Source: Octopus sinensis (taxonomy: Eukaryota). From it: a stretch of DNA of 45,261 bases. Numbering within the stretch: the stretch's first letter is position 1; every line of letters begins with the position of its first letter. Position numbers and translations under genes: made by a program. Positions 25,008 through 38,673 of this stretch are shown here, piece after piece. The stretch is from assembly GCF_006345805.1 (NCBI RefSeq), contig NW_021834898.1, positions 1-45,261 of the forward strand. Direction: 5' to 3'. The notes under the pieces are model-generated. The model ran no database searches and had not been told where the DNA came from. It saw nothing but the letters and a program-made list of their open reading frames with translations.

Positions 25008-27982
25008 CTCTCTCTCTCTCTCTGTCTCTCACACACGCTCTCTCTCTCTGTCTCTCTCTCACACACACACACTCTCTCTCTCACACACACAAACTCTCAT
25101 ACACACACAGCACGCACATCAATTCTTCCGCTTCACGCCAACTTCAAAGGACGTTCACTCATGCAATCATCCTGTATCTTATTTCATTTTTGCTCACAAG
25201 GGGCTAAACATAGAGGTCCTGTATCTGCCTCTTTCGCTTTCACAAGGACTTCAAAAGATCCCCTTTCTAAATCTCCAGATATAAACACAACCGCCCCACC
25301 TTGCTGACTGCAAAAATCCTGCCAAATTCGCCGGAAAAACACACACATACACACGTCAATCTCTCTATATATAAAACTGAGAATGTGTGTCTGTCTGTCT
25401 GTGTGTTTCCCTAAAACTTGTGAACTGCACAACAATTTCATTCAAATTTTCCACATGCCTTACTTAAGGTCCGGGGAGTGTCATGGTAAAAAAAATCAAC
25501 TTTTTCCCTAGGGCGAGCTCACAGCAATATCATATCTTCTCCACTATTTCAGTCTTACGTGTTAAAAGTGAAGCAAAAAATCTCTTTATTGTAATGCAGG
25601 TACTTTCACTTTAATACTGAAACTATGAAAGTGAAAGTATTATATAATAGGGATCAACCATTAACAGTGGTCATCCATTTTGCTAGAAGAAGATCCACTA
25701 TGTTCTTATGTGCTACACCACTGGTTTTCAATACATATTAATCAAATTAATATTCAATTTTTCACCCTTATTATATGTGTCTGTGTGTGTATTAGCAATT
25801 CGTATAAAATTGCATCAATGACTTGAAATTGAATAAGTGGTTTCACATAAATGGGGATAAATTAAAAAGGTTTGTTTTTATTATTATTACTGTTTGACTA
25901 TTGTAATCACGTTTGTTGGTTCCTCGTCAGGGAAACGTTGTTGTGTTGCATTTGTTATATAATTGTAAACCATAAGCCTCCCCATTTCTGAGAAGGGCTT
26001 TGGTTATTGTTTAAAAATTGAATTGTGTCCCTGTTTGGGGAAATTGACAATACTTTCACCGTCTTTACGGAATCATTTTTGTTAAAATGCCTTCGATAGA
26101 AGAAAGTCCAAAAATGAATTTCGCTGCAGCTGTACACTTCTATACAAGTGGGAGGACAAGATCCAATTGATCAAAATTGCAAGAGACGGGCCTACAATTC
26201 CAGTCTGTTATATATTTTGAGTATTGTTATCACTTGCGATATCAATATATAACTTTGTATTTTGTATTTTATGTGTAGATGTATATATATAAAAGTACAT
26301 GTAATATGTACACATATATATACCATATGTACATGCATAATATATCTACCCATACACACATACGCACACACACACATACAGCCAAACGGCGGGTGGATTC
26401 GCTAATGAAATATGGCACACATGTGGAGAGGGGTGTATATATTGGAATGCAGTTTGTTGTTTTCCTATCCCCCATAGTTACCGAGAGAAAATCGATTAAA
26501 ACTTTTTTTAATGGAATTCCCCCGCCAACATACATAACCTCTCTACTTTTCTGTATACTCACTCCGCACACCCCTCCAACAACAACACACCACACACACA
26601 CACACACACACACTCTCTCTCTCTCTCTGTCTCCAACACGCTCTCTCTCTCTGTCTCTCTCTCACACACACACACTCTCTTCTCACACACACACAAACTC
26701 TCATACACACCAGCACGCACATCAATTCTTCCGCTTCACGCCAACTTCAAAGGACGTTCACTCATGCAATCATCCTGTATCTTATTTCATTTTTGCTCAC
26801 AAGGGGCTAAACATAGAGGTCCTGTATCTGCCTCTTTCGCTTTCACAAGGACTTCAAAAGATCCCCTTTCTAAATCTCCAGATATAAACACAACCGCCCC
26901 ACCTTGCTGACTGCAAAAATCCTGCCAAATTCGCCGGAAAAACACACACATACACACGTCAATCTCTCTATATATAAAAAATGAGAATGTGTGTCTGTCT
27001 GTCTGTGTGTTTCCCTAAAACTTGTGAACTGACACAACAATTTCATTCAAATTTTCCACATGCCCTACGTAAGGTCCGGGGAGAGTGTCATGGTAAAAAA
27101 AATCAACTTTTTCCCTAGGGCGAGCTCACAGCAATATCATATCTCTCCACTATTTCAGTCTTACGTGTTAAAAGTGAAGCAAAAACATCTCTTTATTGTA
27201 ATGCAGGTACTTTCACTTAATACTGAAACTATGAAAGTGAAAGTATTATATAATAGGGATCAACCATTAACAGTGGTCATCCATTTTGCTAGAAGAAGAT
27301 CCACTATGTTCTTATGTGCTACACCACTGGTTTTCAATACATATTAATCAAATTAATATTCAATTTTCACCCTTATTATATGTGTCTGTGTGTGTATTAG
27401 CAATTCGTATAAAATTGCATCAATGACTTGAAATTGAATAAGTGGTTTCACATAAATGGGGATAAATTAAAAAGGTTTGTTTTTATTATTATTACTGTTT
27501 GACTATTGTAATCACGTTTGTTGGTTCCTCGTCAGGGAAACGTTTTTGTGTTGCATTTGTTATATAATTGTAAACCATAAGCCTCCCCATTTCTGAGAAG
27601 GGCTTTGGTTATTGTTTAAAAATTGAATTGTGTCCCTGTTTGGGGAAATTGACAATATTTCACCGTCTTTACGGAATCATTTTTGTTAAAATGCCTTCGA
27701 TAGAAGAAAGTCCAAAAATGAATTTCGCTGCAGCTGTACACTTCTATACAAGTGGGAGGACAAGATCCAATTGATCAAAATTGCAAGAGACGGGCCTACA
27801 ATTCCAGTCTGTTATATATTTTGAGTATTGTTATCACTTGCGATATCAAGATATAACTTTGTATTTTGTATTTTATGTGTAGATGTATATATATAAATGT
27901 ACATGTAATATGTACACATATATATACCCATATGTACATGCATAATATCTACCCATACACACATACACACACACACACATAC
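24776..27982. repeat. Tandem duplication, ~1602-bp unit
   Basis: ACAGCCAAACGG starts at 24776 and 26378. Copies are near-identical, differing mostly by small indels. Confidence 0.92.
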
Positions 27983-27984
27983 AT

Positions 27985-28135
27985 AGGGGCAGGTGTGGCT
28001 GTGTGGTAACAAACTACGTTCCAAACACATGGTCCTGGGTTCAGTCCCACTGTGTGGTGACTTGGCATGTGTCTTCTGCTGTAGCCTCAGACCAACAAAA
28101 GCCTTCTCGGTGGATTTTGTACATATGTACAGGCA
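27985..28135 (+). mobile_element. tRNA-derived SINE
   Basis: A-box-like TGGCTGTGTGGT and B-box-like GGTTCAGTCCC. Homologous to 8100-8232. Confidence 0.7.
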
Positions 28136-28254
28136 TACATACATATATATATATATATATACATGCATACGTACATATTCGGCATAAACACTCTATCACT
28201 ACAACTAATAACTGTTGGTAACACTTTCAAACCTGCCTTACATTCGAACCGGAA

Positions 28255-29873
28255 TCTCAAAAACACTGTCCCCTTCAGCGCCATGCTCAACTGCTCTATC
28301 CTGACATGGAGGGTATCAGCAATGAAATCTATAACAAAACACTCATTGACATTGAAGACAGAATTGCTAAACTGGGTGGAAAGGAATTGTCGACGTATAG
28401 CCTGCCACAAGCATTCAGGTGAGGGTCAAATAGCCTTCCCACTGCTGTCATTCGCGAAACAACTTACGACACTCAAGCGCTTTCAAAGTACATTGTTGAA
28501 AATGAGCCTAAATTACTTCCGGACCAGCTGCAGGCCTACAGAACTATTCTTAACAGTGTACGCCAACGCGATGGACGAATCTTCCTCGATGCTCCTGGAG
28601 GGACAGGAAAACATTTATTACAAAGCTTCTCCTTGCAGAAGTTAGGCAGCATCAGGACATTGCAGTAGCTGTAGCCTCCTCTGGCATTGCAGCTACTTTG
28701 TAACCCGGTGGCAGGACAGCACACTCAACTTTTAAACTCCCTCTCAATTTAGCAGCATCCGAAATGCCTTCATGCAACATCAACAAAAGCTCAGATCAGG
28801 GACAAGAACTTAAAATGTGTTATCTAATTGTCTGGGATGAGTGCACTATGGCTCACAAGGGAGCTTTGGAAGCATGAGATAGAGCCCTGAAAGACATCCG
28901 CGACTGTCAGGCTCCGATGGGAGGTGTAACGCTTCTGTAGTCAGGTGATTTCAGACAAACTCTTCCTGTCATTCCGAAAGGCACTAGAGCAGATGAAGTC
29001 CACGCATGCCTAAAGTCCTCTAACCTGTGGCATCATGTTACAATCCTCAGTCTCACCACTAACATGAGAGCTCAGCTACACGGCGACAAAATGTCCGCAA
29101 AGTTTGCACATGCCATTTTGACACTTGGTGAAGGCAAGATGCCCCTCGATGCTGCAGGACAAATAGAAGTGTGGTCATTTTCCTGTGTTGTTAATTCTGT
29201 AGATGACCTAAAAAACAAAGTCTTTCCCAGCTTCACACAAAACTACCAAAATCACAATTGGCTGTGTGAAAGAGCAATATTAGCTCCAAAAAACGTCGCT
29301 GTTAACAAAATCAATCAACAGCTAATGCATTCTCTTCCCGACAGTATACACACTTACAAGTCTGTTGATACAATTCCACATATAAATGAAGTTGTGAACT
29401 ATCCTCCTGAATTTCTCAATTCACCGGAGCCTCCTGGTCTACCTCCACACATATTAGCACTTAAAGTTGGAACTCCTGTAACGCTACTCCGCAATCTGGA
29501 ACCACCAAGACTTTGCAATGGAACACGACTGGTGATAAAGAAAATCATGTCACACGTTATCGAGGCAATCATTTTTTCTGGATGTGGAAAAGCTGATGAC
29601 GTCTTTATTCCAAGATTTCCTCTTACTCCATCAGGAGCAGAAATTCCATTTACATTCAGAAGATTGTAATTTCCCCTTCGTGTCAGCTTTGCCATGTCCA
29701 TTAACAAATCTCAGGGTCAAACCCTCTCTGTAGCTGGTCTTCTCTTGGAAGAGCCCTGCTTCTCGCATGGGCAACTGTATGTTGGCTGCTCAAGAGTAGG
29801 AACCAAAAGAAACCTTTTTGTATATGCTCCACAAGGGAAAACAAGGAACATTGTTTACAACGAGGTGTTATAA
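28255..29873 (+). pseudogene. Helitron Pif1-family helicase pseudogene
   Basis: FLDAPGGTGKT (28582-28613), VASSGIAATL, IVWDECTM, GDFRQTLPV, NLEPPRLCNGTRL, FAMSINKSQGQTL, GQLYVGCSRV, NIVYNEVL*. Several in-frame stops. Confidence 0.92.
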
Positions 29874-31379
29874 TCTCAACAGCCAGGAGGTATATACATG
29901 ATACCCTTTTTTTAACAAACTTCATGTAATTTCATGTATTTATATTAATATACATATATATAGGTGTGTGTGTGTATCCATATATATATATATATATATA
30001 TATATAACAGAATAGTCTAATTCTTCAATTGAATGTACCCGGGCAACGCCAGGTATCTCTGCTAGTTTCATATATTTTCTTTCACTTTCTGCTCTCTTGA
30101 TTACACAGACGTCCAATACAATAGCTACATTTTCGTTCTCTAAAAAAGGTACGTGTCTATTTTTCTTATAAGTGTATACCAATGACTCCTTCCATAATGT
30201 TCCACTTAGCTTTTATCTTCACTTTTCTTAAATTGGATACGTCTGCTATTAAGTTGCAGAACTTTGGCAGTATAATTAAAAATCATTTCTGCTTTAATTC
30301 TTACATACAATTTGCCTGTAAATTCTTACAGCTTCATTATTTGGCGATGATTGAAATGTCAAACATTTTCTAACTGTTAAATCAATTCTTAACGTCAACT
30401 TCTTACTACCTCTTCTATTTTTTTCATAGCACCCATACTTTCCGTGAAAATCGATAAAAACTTCTTCCCCACTTCGTTCTTCCATTAAAACAACCAGTTG
30501 TTCACACAGCCACCATATACTTTTCCGCGAGCAACAAGGGGACTACAGGATGAGTTAGCTAAAACTTTCCCTATGCTGTCTCTCTTCTTTCACCTCTTCG
30601 TGGGGTTAATTATCTTCAACGTTAGTTACCTTTTCTCCTTGAAACTACATATTACGCACAATTGTTGGATTAATACAGTGGGGTGTTTTGTGGGAGATTT
30701 GGCTGCTATTTCTACTAGGTCTACCTACCATGTAGACGTCTGAACTTAATTTTCATTCACAGATTTGCATTTCAAAAATTTAACATAATCTTTTCCATAA
30801 TCAACTATCGAAAAATTTTCTACCATGACCTCACATTTTCTATGTATGTGTGTGTACCTTAAAAGACGTGATTAGACGGAGGTCCAACAGAATAGTTCTC
30901 ACAAACAGACTACGTACAAGTTCTTTCTTCACAACTCCTGAAGCTGTTTTCTGCGAAGATTTTTCACTTGTCCGGGCATTGCTATTACAGACAAATTAAC
31001 AACAATTCCACTCCAGAGATAAACACAAACCACCTCTTGCTGACTGCAAAAGTCCTGCCAAATTAGCCGGAAAACACACACACACACGTCCATTTCATAT
31101 ATCTTCTTCAAAGCTGCATGCGTTTTTTGAAACATTTCACTATTTTTTTCTTATTTATCGTTATACATTTCCAACTATAATAACAGATAAAGATTAATAC
31201 TTTGTTCAAAAACATCAACGTTTCACTTTCAGACACAGGTTCAAGTTGAAAAAAAAAACTTAACTTTCGTTACAATTATTTTTTGCTTCTTCAAAAAATC
31301 TCATGACGTTTGCCTCAGTAAAAACCATCTTTACAGATAATGCTTAACCGAAAACAATCAATGCTCTGTACCAAAAGGA

Positions 31380-34300
31380 ATGCCCTCCTAAAACAGCGAA
31401 AAAGGGAGTTGCGTTCACAGGTACGTTTCTCAACATTCATATCATTTCGATTTTGCTTCTACACATTCTCCTCCTGTATCCCATTTCAATATTGCACTTT
31501 CATATGTTTTCTACTATTCCTTTCAGGAAACACAAGAAGCAAGAGAGGCCCGTCTTGATGATCAGCGTAGTCGTGATCAACGCTCACTATGTGACGAACC
31601 TGTTGAAGCAAGGCAGGCCCGTCTTGCTTTCATGCGTATTCGAAATCGGCGCTCACTCCTTGTGGGTCAGAAGAAGCAAGGCAAGCTCGTCTTGCCGCCC
31701 AGCGTAGTCATAATCAACGCTCACTCCTTCAGGAGCCTGCTGAAGCAAGAGAGGCCCGCCCCGCTGCCCAACATAGACAACGCCAGATATCAAGTCTTCA
31801 GGAATCATCGGAGCTATGGAAAACAGGTTGGCAGGTCGACGTCAAAAAAATATTGCTGCTGCAAGGGGCGCATTTTGGGTGAGAGTTGGATTCAGATACA
31901 GTCCTGCTGATGATTTCTCCAATCACCTGGACGTGACTCTTGGTAAAATGGACAGGGAATGCCGATTTTGTCAAGCTAAGTAGTGGGCTGGTGAGGCAGC
32001 TGGTCTTTGTTGTTCTGGAGGCAAGGTTCGATTTCAGCCGCTCGCAGATCCACCTGAAGTTCTGAAAAATCTCCTCCTCAATAGCTCCGACTACGCCAAG
32101 AAATTCCGAAAAGGCATTTGGAGTTATAACTCCTGCTTCCCTATGAACTCTTTTGCCGTAAAGAACATCCACGACAAACATAACATCAACAACGTCAATA
32201 TTGATGGAAATTGGGCGGTTAATCCTGCAAACAAAACGAAGGAGTTGCATTACACCTTCAAGATTCAAGGTCAATGTTATCATCGCATGGGAAGTCTTTA
32301 TCCTCAGCCTACCAAGGAACCCAAGTTCTTTCAGATTTTCTTCATGGGTTGTTCAAACGCAGAAGCTATCCAACGGTGCAACAGAAATTCAGATGTTGAC
32401 GCAGCAATTGTTGCTGAACTCCAACATATGCTTCATGCAACACACCCTTATGTCAACGAATTGAAGAATGATGCGTTGCAGCTTTTGGAAGCCCAACCTG
32501 AGCTAAAATTGATAATTAAAGCCTAGAGGCGACCTGCTGGTGAGCACCCGCGACCTTTCAATGCTCCAACCACCAACAGGTTGCAGCAGTCGGCGAAGAA
32601 AATGGCAAGCGTGATATTGTCTTCCAGCACCGCGATAGCCGACTGTCTTTTGTTTCGGAACCTATCGGTCATACGACTGCCTGCAGTACCCCCTACTGTT
32701 TCCCCTTTGGAGAGGATGGCAACAGCTTTCACCAACGCCATTTGATCCAATCACGGGTGCTGAATTAACCAAGGCTGTTTCCTGCAAGGAATTCTATGCC
32801 TTCCGTCTTATGGTCAGAGAGGTCAGTTCAACCAACTACTACGGTACAAGGAAGTCACAAATCAATTCTTGGTTGACATGTTTGCCAAGGCTGAAGGTGA
32901 AAGGCTTCTTTGTATTCGTTAAAATCAAAACAGATTGCGTGTGGATCGATATCTTACCGTTCATGTCCAGCTGTATGTTAATGCAAGAAACATTGGCCTT
33001 CCGGTGATACGTCCTTCCAGCCATACCGGGTCTCGACGGTATATGCATCAGCGGACACAGGATGCCATGGCATATGTCCGTAAATTTAGCGGACATGACC
33101 TCTTAATCACCTTTACGTGCAACTCAACTTGGCAAGAGATAAAGGAAAACTTATTCGAGGCCAGGCTGCATGCGACAGGCACGACTTAGTGGCCAGAGTT
33201 TTCCACGAAAATTGCAGAAATTTATGTGGTTATTGAAAATTGATGCTGTCTACAGAAAACTTAACGCGTGGATGTACACTGTAGAATGGCAAAAGCGGGG
33301 TCTTCCACACACCCATATACTGATTTGGTGCCAAGAAATAATCAGACCTGCGGACATCGATCAAATTAAATGTGCAGAGGTGCCCAAACCTAATGTCAAC
33401 TTGCAGCTATTCCAAATCGTGTCGGCGCATATGATACACGGCCCTGTGGTGTCTTGGATCCTAATTCTCCATGTATGGAAAAAATAGATGTTCAAAGAAC
33501 TATCCCAGGGCTTTCAACAAGATACATTTACTAGTATTTGCGGCTACCCAATTTACTGACGACATGCCCCTCACTTTGGAGGAATTTCGGCGAAAAAAAG
33601 GATAAGGAGCAAGGAAATTGCCATCAACAAGTATGGTTGTTCCCTACAGCCCTTTCCTCCTTAAAACTTTCAACGCCCACATCAACGTTGAATCTTGCAC
33701 TTCGATTAAAGGCATCAAGTACATATGCAAACATGTAAACAAGGGCAGCGACATGGCTGTTTTGGGTGTGCAGGATGAAGAAACAGCCAACGATAAAATC
33801 CTTCAATACGTTATGGGCAGGTATATTTCGTTCAATATGGCGGCATGGCGCATTCTAGATTTTGATATTCACCAGTCCTCTGCAGCTGTTTTTGGCCTAG
33901 ATGTACACTTAGAAAATAGGCAACGTGTTTACTTCACTGAGAACACCGCCGCAAATGTACTCAAAAAGCCACCGGAAACAACGTTTACAGCATTCTTTAA
34001 GTCGTGTACATCCGATTCCTTTGCGCAAACTCTACTTTATGAGGATGTACCGTCCTACTTCACTTGGACTAACAAAAAATGGCAAAGGTGGCGGCAGGGT
34101 GTGCGAATCGACAATGAGGTTGGCGAGGTAATCTACAAAGGAAACATGATCGATCGTGTCCACACTGTACACCCAAATCATCAGGAGTGTTTTTTTGTGG
34201 ATGATTCTGTTTCATATGAAAGGCCCAACATCATTTGCCCACGTCAGATCATTCGATGGACAAATGTGTTGCACTTACAGGGAAGCTTGCTTGCGACGGG

Positions 34301-36027
34301 GACTACTCGAGGATGAGGGTCTCTGGAACACGGCATTGCAAGAGGTCTCTGAATGCAGGACACCAGAAGTAATGCGCTGAATATTTTGTCTCATCTTGCT
34401 ATTGAGTAATGTGTCTGACCCTCTTCATTTGTGGGACACATTTAAAGATAGTTTTTCCGAAGACTATCTCCGACGACTTCAAGACGAAGATCCAACGGCT
34501 GGATTCGACTTCAATAACGTCATCTACAACACAGCCCTCCTCGATTTGCAATCGCGACTGCAAGCTATGGGAGGAGTTGGAGTACTCAGATTTCAGTCTG
34601 CCGTCTCCGCGGGACATTTCAAATGCTTTAGCTGCTGAGTACATGTGAGAGTTGAGCTACAACAGACAGGAAATGGTGGCGCAGGTGCTCAGGATGTTCC
34701 TAGACTTTTGGAAGTACAGAGAATTGAATACAACAGGTTCCTCGCAAGTATTAATTCCAACGAAAGACATTTTTTTTTGGATGCTCCCGGCAGAACCGGA
34801 AAAAATGTTTCTCATGAACCTCCCACTCGCCAATATTCTCCAGGAAAATGGGATTGCCATAGCGGTTGCATCCAGCGGCATCGCGGCAACTCTACTGCAT
34901 GGCGGTCGTACGGCACACTCAGCATTCAAATTACCACTAGACTTGACCAAACAGGGAAATCCAACTTGCAATTTTAGTCGTGGCTCAGCCATGGGGAATC
35001 TTCTCACTGAGTGCAGCTTTATCATTTCGGATGAGGAAGCCATGTGTTATAAGGCAGCATTTGAGGCGCTCGAGCGGTCTCTTCAAGACCTGAGACGCAA
35101 TATGAGAGTGATGGGTGGAGTGATTGTTCTGCTTGCTGGCAACTTCCGACAAACTCTACCTGTCATTCCCTGGGGGACAAGAGCTAACGAAGTAAATGCT
35201 TCCATAAAATCATCCTAGTTATGGCACCACAGCGAGAAACTTCACCTGACTACGAACATGAGAGTTCACGTGTTTGGCGACGAAAATGCGGCCACATTCT
35301 CGGCGCAGCTTCTCGATGTTAGTAATGGACTGTAGCTGGTGATACTGATGGTTTCATCCATTTACCATTTGGTAACTTCGTGCCTAACAAAGATGATTTT
35401 GTTTCTTCAGTTTTTCCTGACATTGCAAGCCAAAGCCTTCACACAACTTGCCTACAAGAATAGCAATTTTGGCGCCTCACAATAAAACAGTCGACGCTAT
35501 CAATAATAACTCTCCTTCAAGCCCATTGACACGCATGAAAACCTGGATGATATGACCGTTTTGCGCACAGCATTTCTTAATTCCCAACGCCCACAGGACT
35601 TCAGCCTCTGGAACTCCATCTCAAGGATGGCGCGCCCATCATGCCGCTGCGGAATTTGGATGCTGAAATAATGTGTAACGGCACGCGAATGATAATAAAA
35701 TATATATACTCCCGAGTTCTGCAGGCAAACATCTTGAATGGACCAGCCACTGCTCAAGATGTTCTTATAACCCCAATATCCCTCACTCCCTCCGACACGA
35801 TCTACAAATTTAAGCGGCTTCAATTTCCTATCAACTCTACTTTGCTTTGAAAATATATAAGGTACAGGGTCAATCTTTGCAAATGGTTGGTTTAAATCTC
35901 ACAGAACAAGTGTTCTCCCACGGTCAACTCACCGTTTGATGCTCCCATGTGGCGGCACACAAAGTCTAGACATTTGTGCATCAGAAGGGAAAACGAGAAT
36001 GTAGCCTACAAAGAAGCGCTCCTCTGA
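31380..36027 (+). pseudogene. Helitron Rep/helicase transposase pseudogene with a probable intron (31421-31526)
   Basis: FKIQGQCYHRMGSL, DLLITFTCN, EWQKRGLPHTHILIW (HUH, ~33302-33322), KYICKHVNKGSD (~33717-33752), FFLDAPGRTGK (~34772-34804), GNFRQTLPV, MCNGTRM, VAYKEALL*. Confidence 0.92.
31536..31810 (+). repeat. Four-copy 69-bp coding minisatellite (EARxARL...QRS, 23 aa)
   Basis: GAAGCAAG starts at 31536, 31605, 31673 and 31742. Confidence 0.85.
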
Positions 36028-36711
36028 AAAGATGGCATTTCTTCACATCTTTCAAAACACCCCAGTCATCTGCCGCATCAAAAGCTTCGTAGCCGCCGTT
36101 CCAGCCAATGTAACTCAATGACACACACCATCACTCACACACACTATCTCTCTTTCTCATCCTCTTTCTCTCTCACATGCACAAGTAAGCTCACACCACA
36201 CACCACACACACACACACACACACCACACACATGTCCATTTCACATATCTTTCAATTTCTGTCTCTGTAAAGAAAGTTTTTATGGATACAACTGCTTAGA
36301 AAAATAGTGATTAATGTATAATTTCTTTCTATCTCATAATTAAATAAATGTTTAAATGATTAGACAGTGGCCCAATGCAATAGCTCTCAGAAACAGACTA
36401 CGTACGAATTCTTTCTTCACAACTCCTGAAGCTGTTTTCTGACAGCGGGAAGGGTGGAGATGGAAAGAAATTTTCATATAGCTGGAGGCTCCAATCGAAA
36501 CAGGAGACCCGAAATGATAAGGTTGAGAAACGTTGCTATAGATTATGCCTAACCGAAAACGATCACACCCACATCATCCAAACAGACCAGGTGAAATCGG
36601 GCTTATCTGCTAGTATACCTATATTTACATATGTATGTATATGCAAACTTCCTGTTAACAAAAGTCGGGATGCGTGACGTTCAGTTATTCCATAAATGTA
36701 AAATGTATTAA

Positions 36712-36800
36712 ATACTACAAAACATACAAAAGAAACTTGCCCAAGGTGTCATGCAGTGGGACTTAACCTGGAATCATGTGGTTCGGTGGCATACTTCTTA
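36712..36800 (-). mobile_element. Partial tRNA-derived SINE
   Basis: Reverse complement of the CCTTGGGCAAGT core and a B-box-like region. Confidence 0.55.
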
Positions 36801-37003
36801 GCGTACATCTACTCCTACGTCTACACACAGACGCACACACACACACACACGCACACACACAAACACACGCACACATTCACATACACACACTCTCAAACAC
36901 ACAGAAGAAAGCACTACAGACACACGCACACACACATATATGTACGTAACTATAGTTATGTGTTTATGTGGATAATTTGATGTGGATAATATTAATACAT
37001 ACA

Positions 37004-37047
<44 letters not shown>

Positions 37048-37262
37048 TCAATTTAGGGTAGCAAAAAATTCAATAGAAATCTATCGCAACCAGCGGCCTG
37101 GTGAAAAAAAGAAAATAGTCATCGACTAAATATATAAATATAACGATTTAGGAGTGACCCCAACAGGTCACTCGTCCACCAGAAAGAGCAGCCATAACTC
37201 ACACCGCCAAGTATTATTATTCAGAAATTAGGTGAAAATTTAAAAACATTTACCCTAATTCA

Positions 37263-37362
37263 TCTTTTAGACGTTGCAACGTTTCTGTGTCATTAATGAT
37301 TAAATTAGCTTATTAAATTAAATTAAGCCAATCTACCATAGGTTACACTTCATCAGTAAAGA
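37263..37362 (-). ncRNA. Type I hammerhead ribozyme candidate, unit 1
   Basis: TCTTTA-CTGATGA-A-GTGT..ACAC-A-GAA-ACGTTGCAACGT-C-TAAAAGA. Confidence 0.7.
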
Positions 37363-37734
37363 CCTGGGAGAGACAAATATACACGAGGCGTCTGTATCGA
37401 AGCCTACGGGATATCTGACTTAAAATTTTCAAGACTGACGTATTCGCGCCAAACTTATCAACAGTAAATATAAACTGCCGCTTCAATCTCAGAATTATTC
37501 AGAAAATTATCAATTAGTCAATTTAGGGTAGCAAAGAAATTCAATAGAAATCTATCGCAACCAGCGGCCTGGTGAAAAAAAGAAAATAGTCATCGACTAA
37601 ATATATAAATATAACGATTTAGGAGTGACCCCAACAGGTCACTCGTCCACCAGAAAGAGCAGCCATAACTCACACCGCCAAGTATTATTAATTCAGAAAT
37701 TAGGTGAAAATTTAAAAACATTTACCCTAATTCA

Positions 37735-37835
37735 TCTTTTAGACGTTGCAACGTTTCTGTGTCATTAATGATTAAATTAGCTTAATTAAATTAAATTAAG
37801 CCAATCTACCATAGGTTACACTTCATCAGTAAAGA
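37735..37835 (-). ncRNA. Type I hammerhead ribozyme candidate, unit 2
   Basis: Same fold as unit 1. Confidence 0.7.
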
Positions 37836-38453
37836 CCTGGGAGAGACAAATATACACGAGGCGTCTGTATCGAAGCCTACGGGATATCCGACTTAAAATT
37901 TTCAAGACTGACGTATTCGCGCCAAACTTATCAACAGTAAATATAAACTGCCGCTTCAATCTCAGAATTATTCAGAAAATTATCAATTAGTCAATTTAGG
38001 GTAGCAAAAAATTCAATAGAAATCTATCGCAACCAGCGGCCTGGTGAAAAAAAGAAAATAGTCATCGACTAAATATATAAATATAACGATTTAGGAGTGA
38101 CCCCAACAGGTCACTCGTCCACCAGAAAGAGCAGCCATAACTCACACCGCCAAGTATTATTAATTCAGAAATTAGGTGAAAATTTAAAAACATTTACCCT
38201 AATTCATCTTTTAGACGTGCAACGTTTCTGTGTCATTAATGATTAAATTAGCTTAATTAAATTAAATTAAGCCAATCTACCATAGGTTACACTAAATTGA
38301 CTAATTGATAATTTTCTGAATAATTCTGAGATTGAAGCGGCAGTTTATATTACTGTTGATAAGTTGGCGCGAATACGTCAGTCTTGAAAATTTTAAGTCA
38401 GATATCCCGTAGGCTTCGATACAGACGCCTCGTGTATATTTGTCTCTCCCAGG

Positions 38454-38553
38454 TCTTTACTGATGAAGTGTAACCTATGGTAGATTGGCTTAATTTAATT
38501 TAATTAAGCTAATTTAATCATAATGACACAGAAACGTTGCAACGTCTAAAAGA
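38454..38553 (+). ncRNA. Type I hammerhead ribozyme candidate, inverted unit
   Basis: CTGATGA at 38460-38466, GAAA at 38531-38534, GTC cleavage triplet ending at 38546. Confidence 0.7.
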
Positions 38554-38673
38554 TGAATTAGGGTAAATGTTTTTTAAATTTCACCTAATTTCTGAATTAA
38601 TAATACTTGGCGGTGTGAGTTATGGCTGCTCTTTCTGGTGGACGAGTGACCTGTGGGGGTCACTCCTAAATCG

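Larger units (their letters stand above)
26963..30065 (+). mobile_element. Helitron A, internally deleted
   Basis: Candidate 5' end A|TCTCTCTATATATAAAA at 26963 (duplicate at 25360), a helicase remnant, and a 3' hairpin TACCCGGGCAACGCCAGGTA plus CTAG (30062-30065) followed by T. Linking this 5' end to this 3' end is inferred. Confidence 0.7.
30903..36613 (+). mobile_element. Helitron B, decayed autonomous-type element (5' end not located)
   Basis: Rep plus helicase coding remnant. 3' end CCAGGTGAAATCGGG...CTAG (36610-36613) followed by T. Confidence 0.8.

Noticed and set aside
37046-38293. Regularly spaced repeats as a CRISPR-like array
   Set aside because: Units are fully repeated with no unique spacers, there are no cas genes, and the context is eukaryotic.
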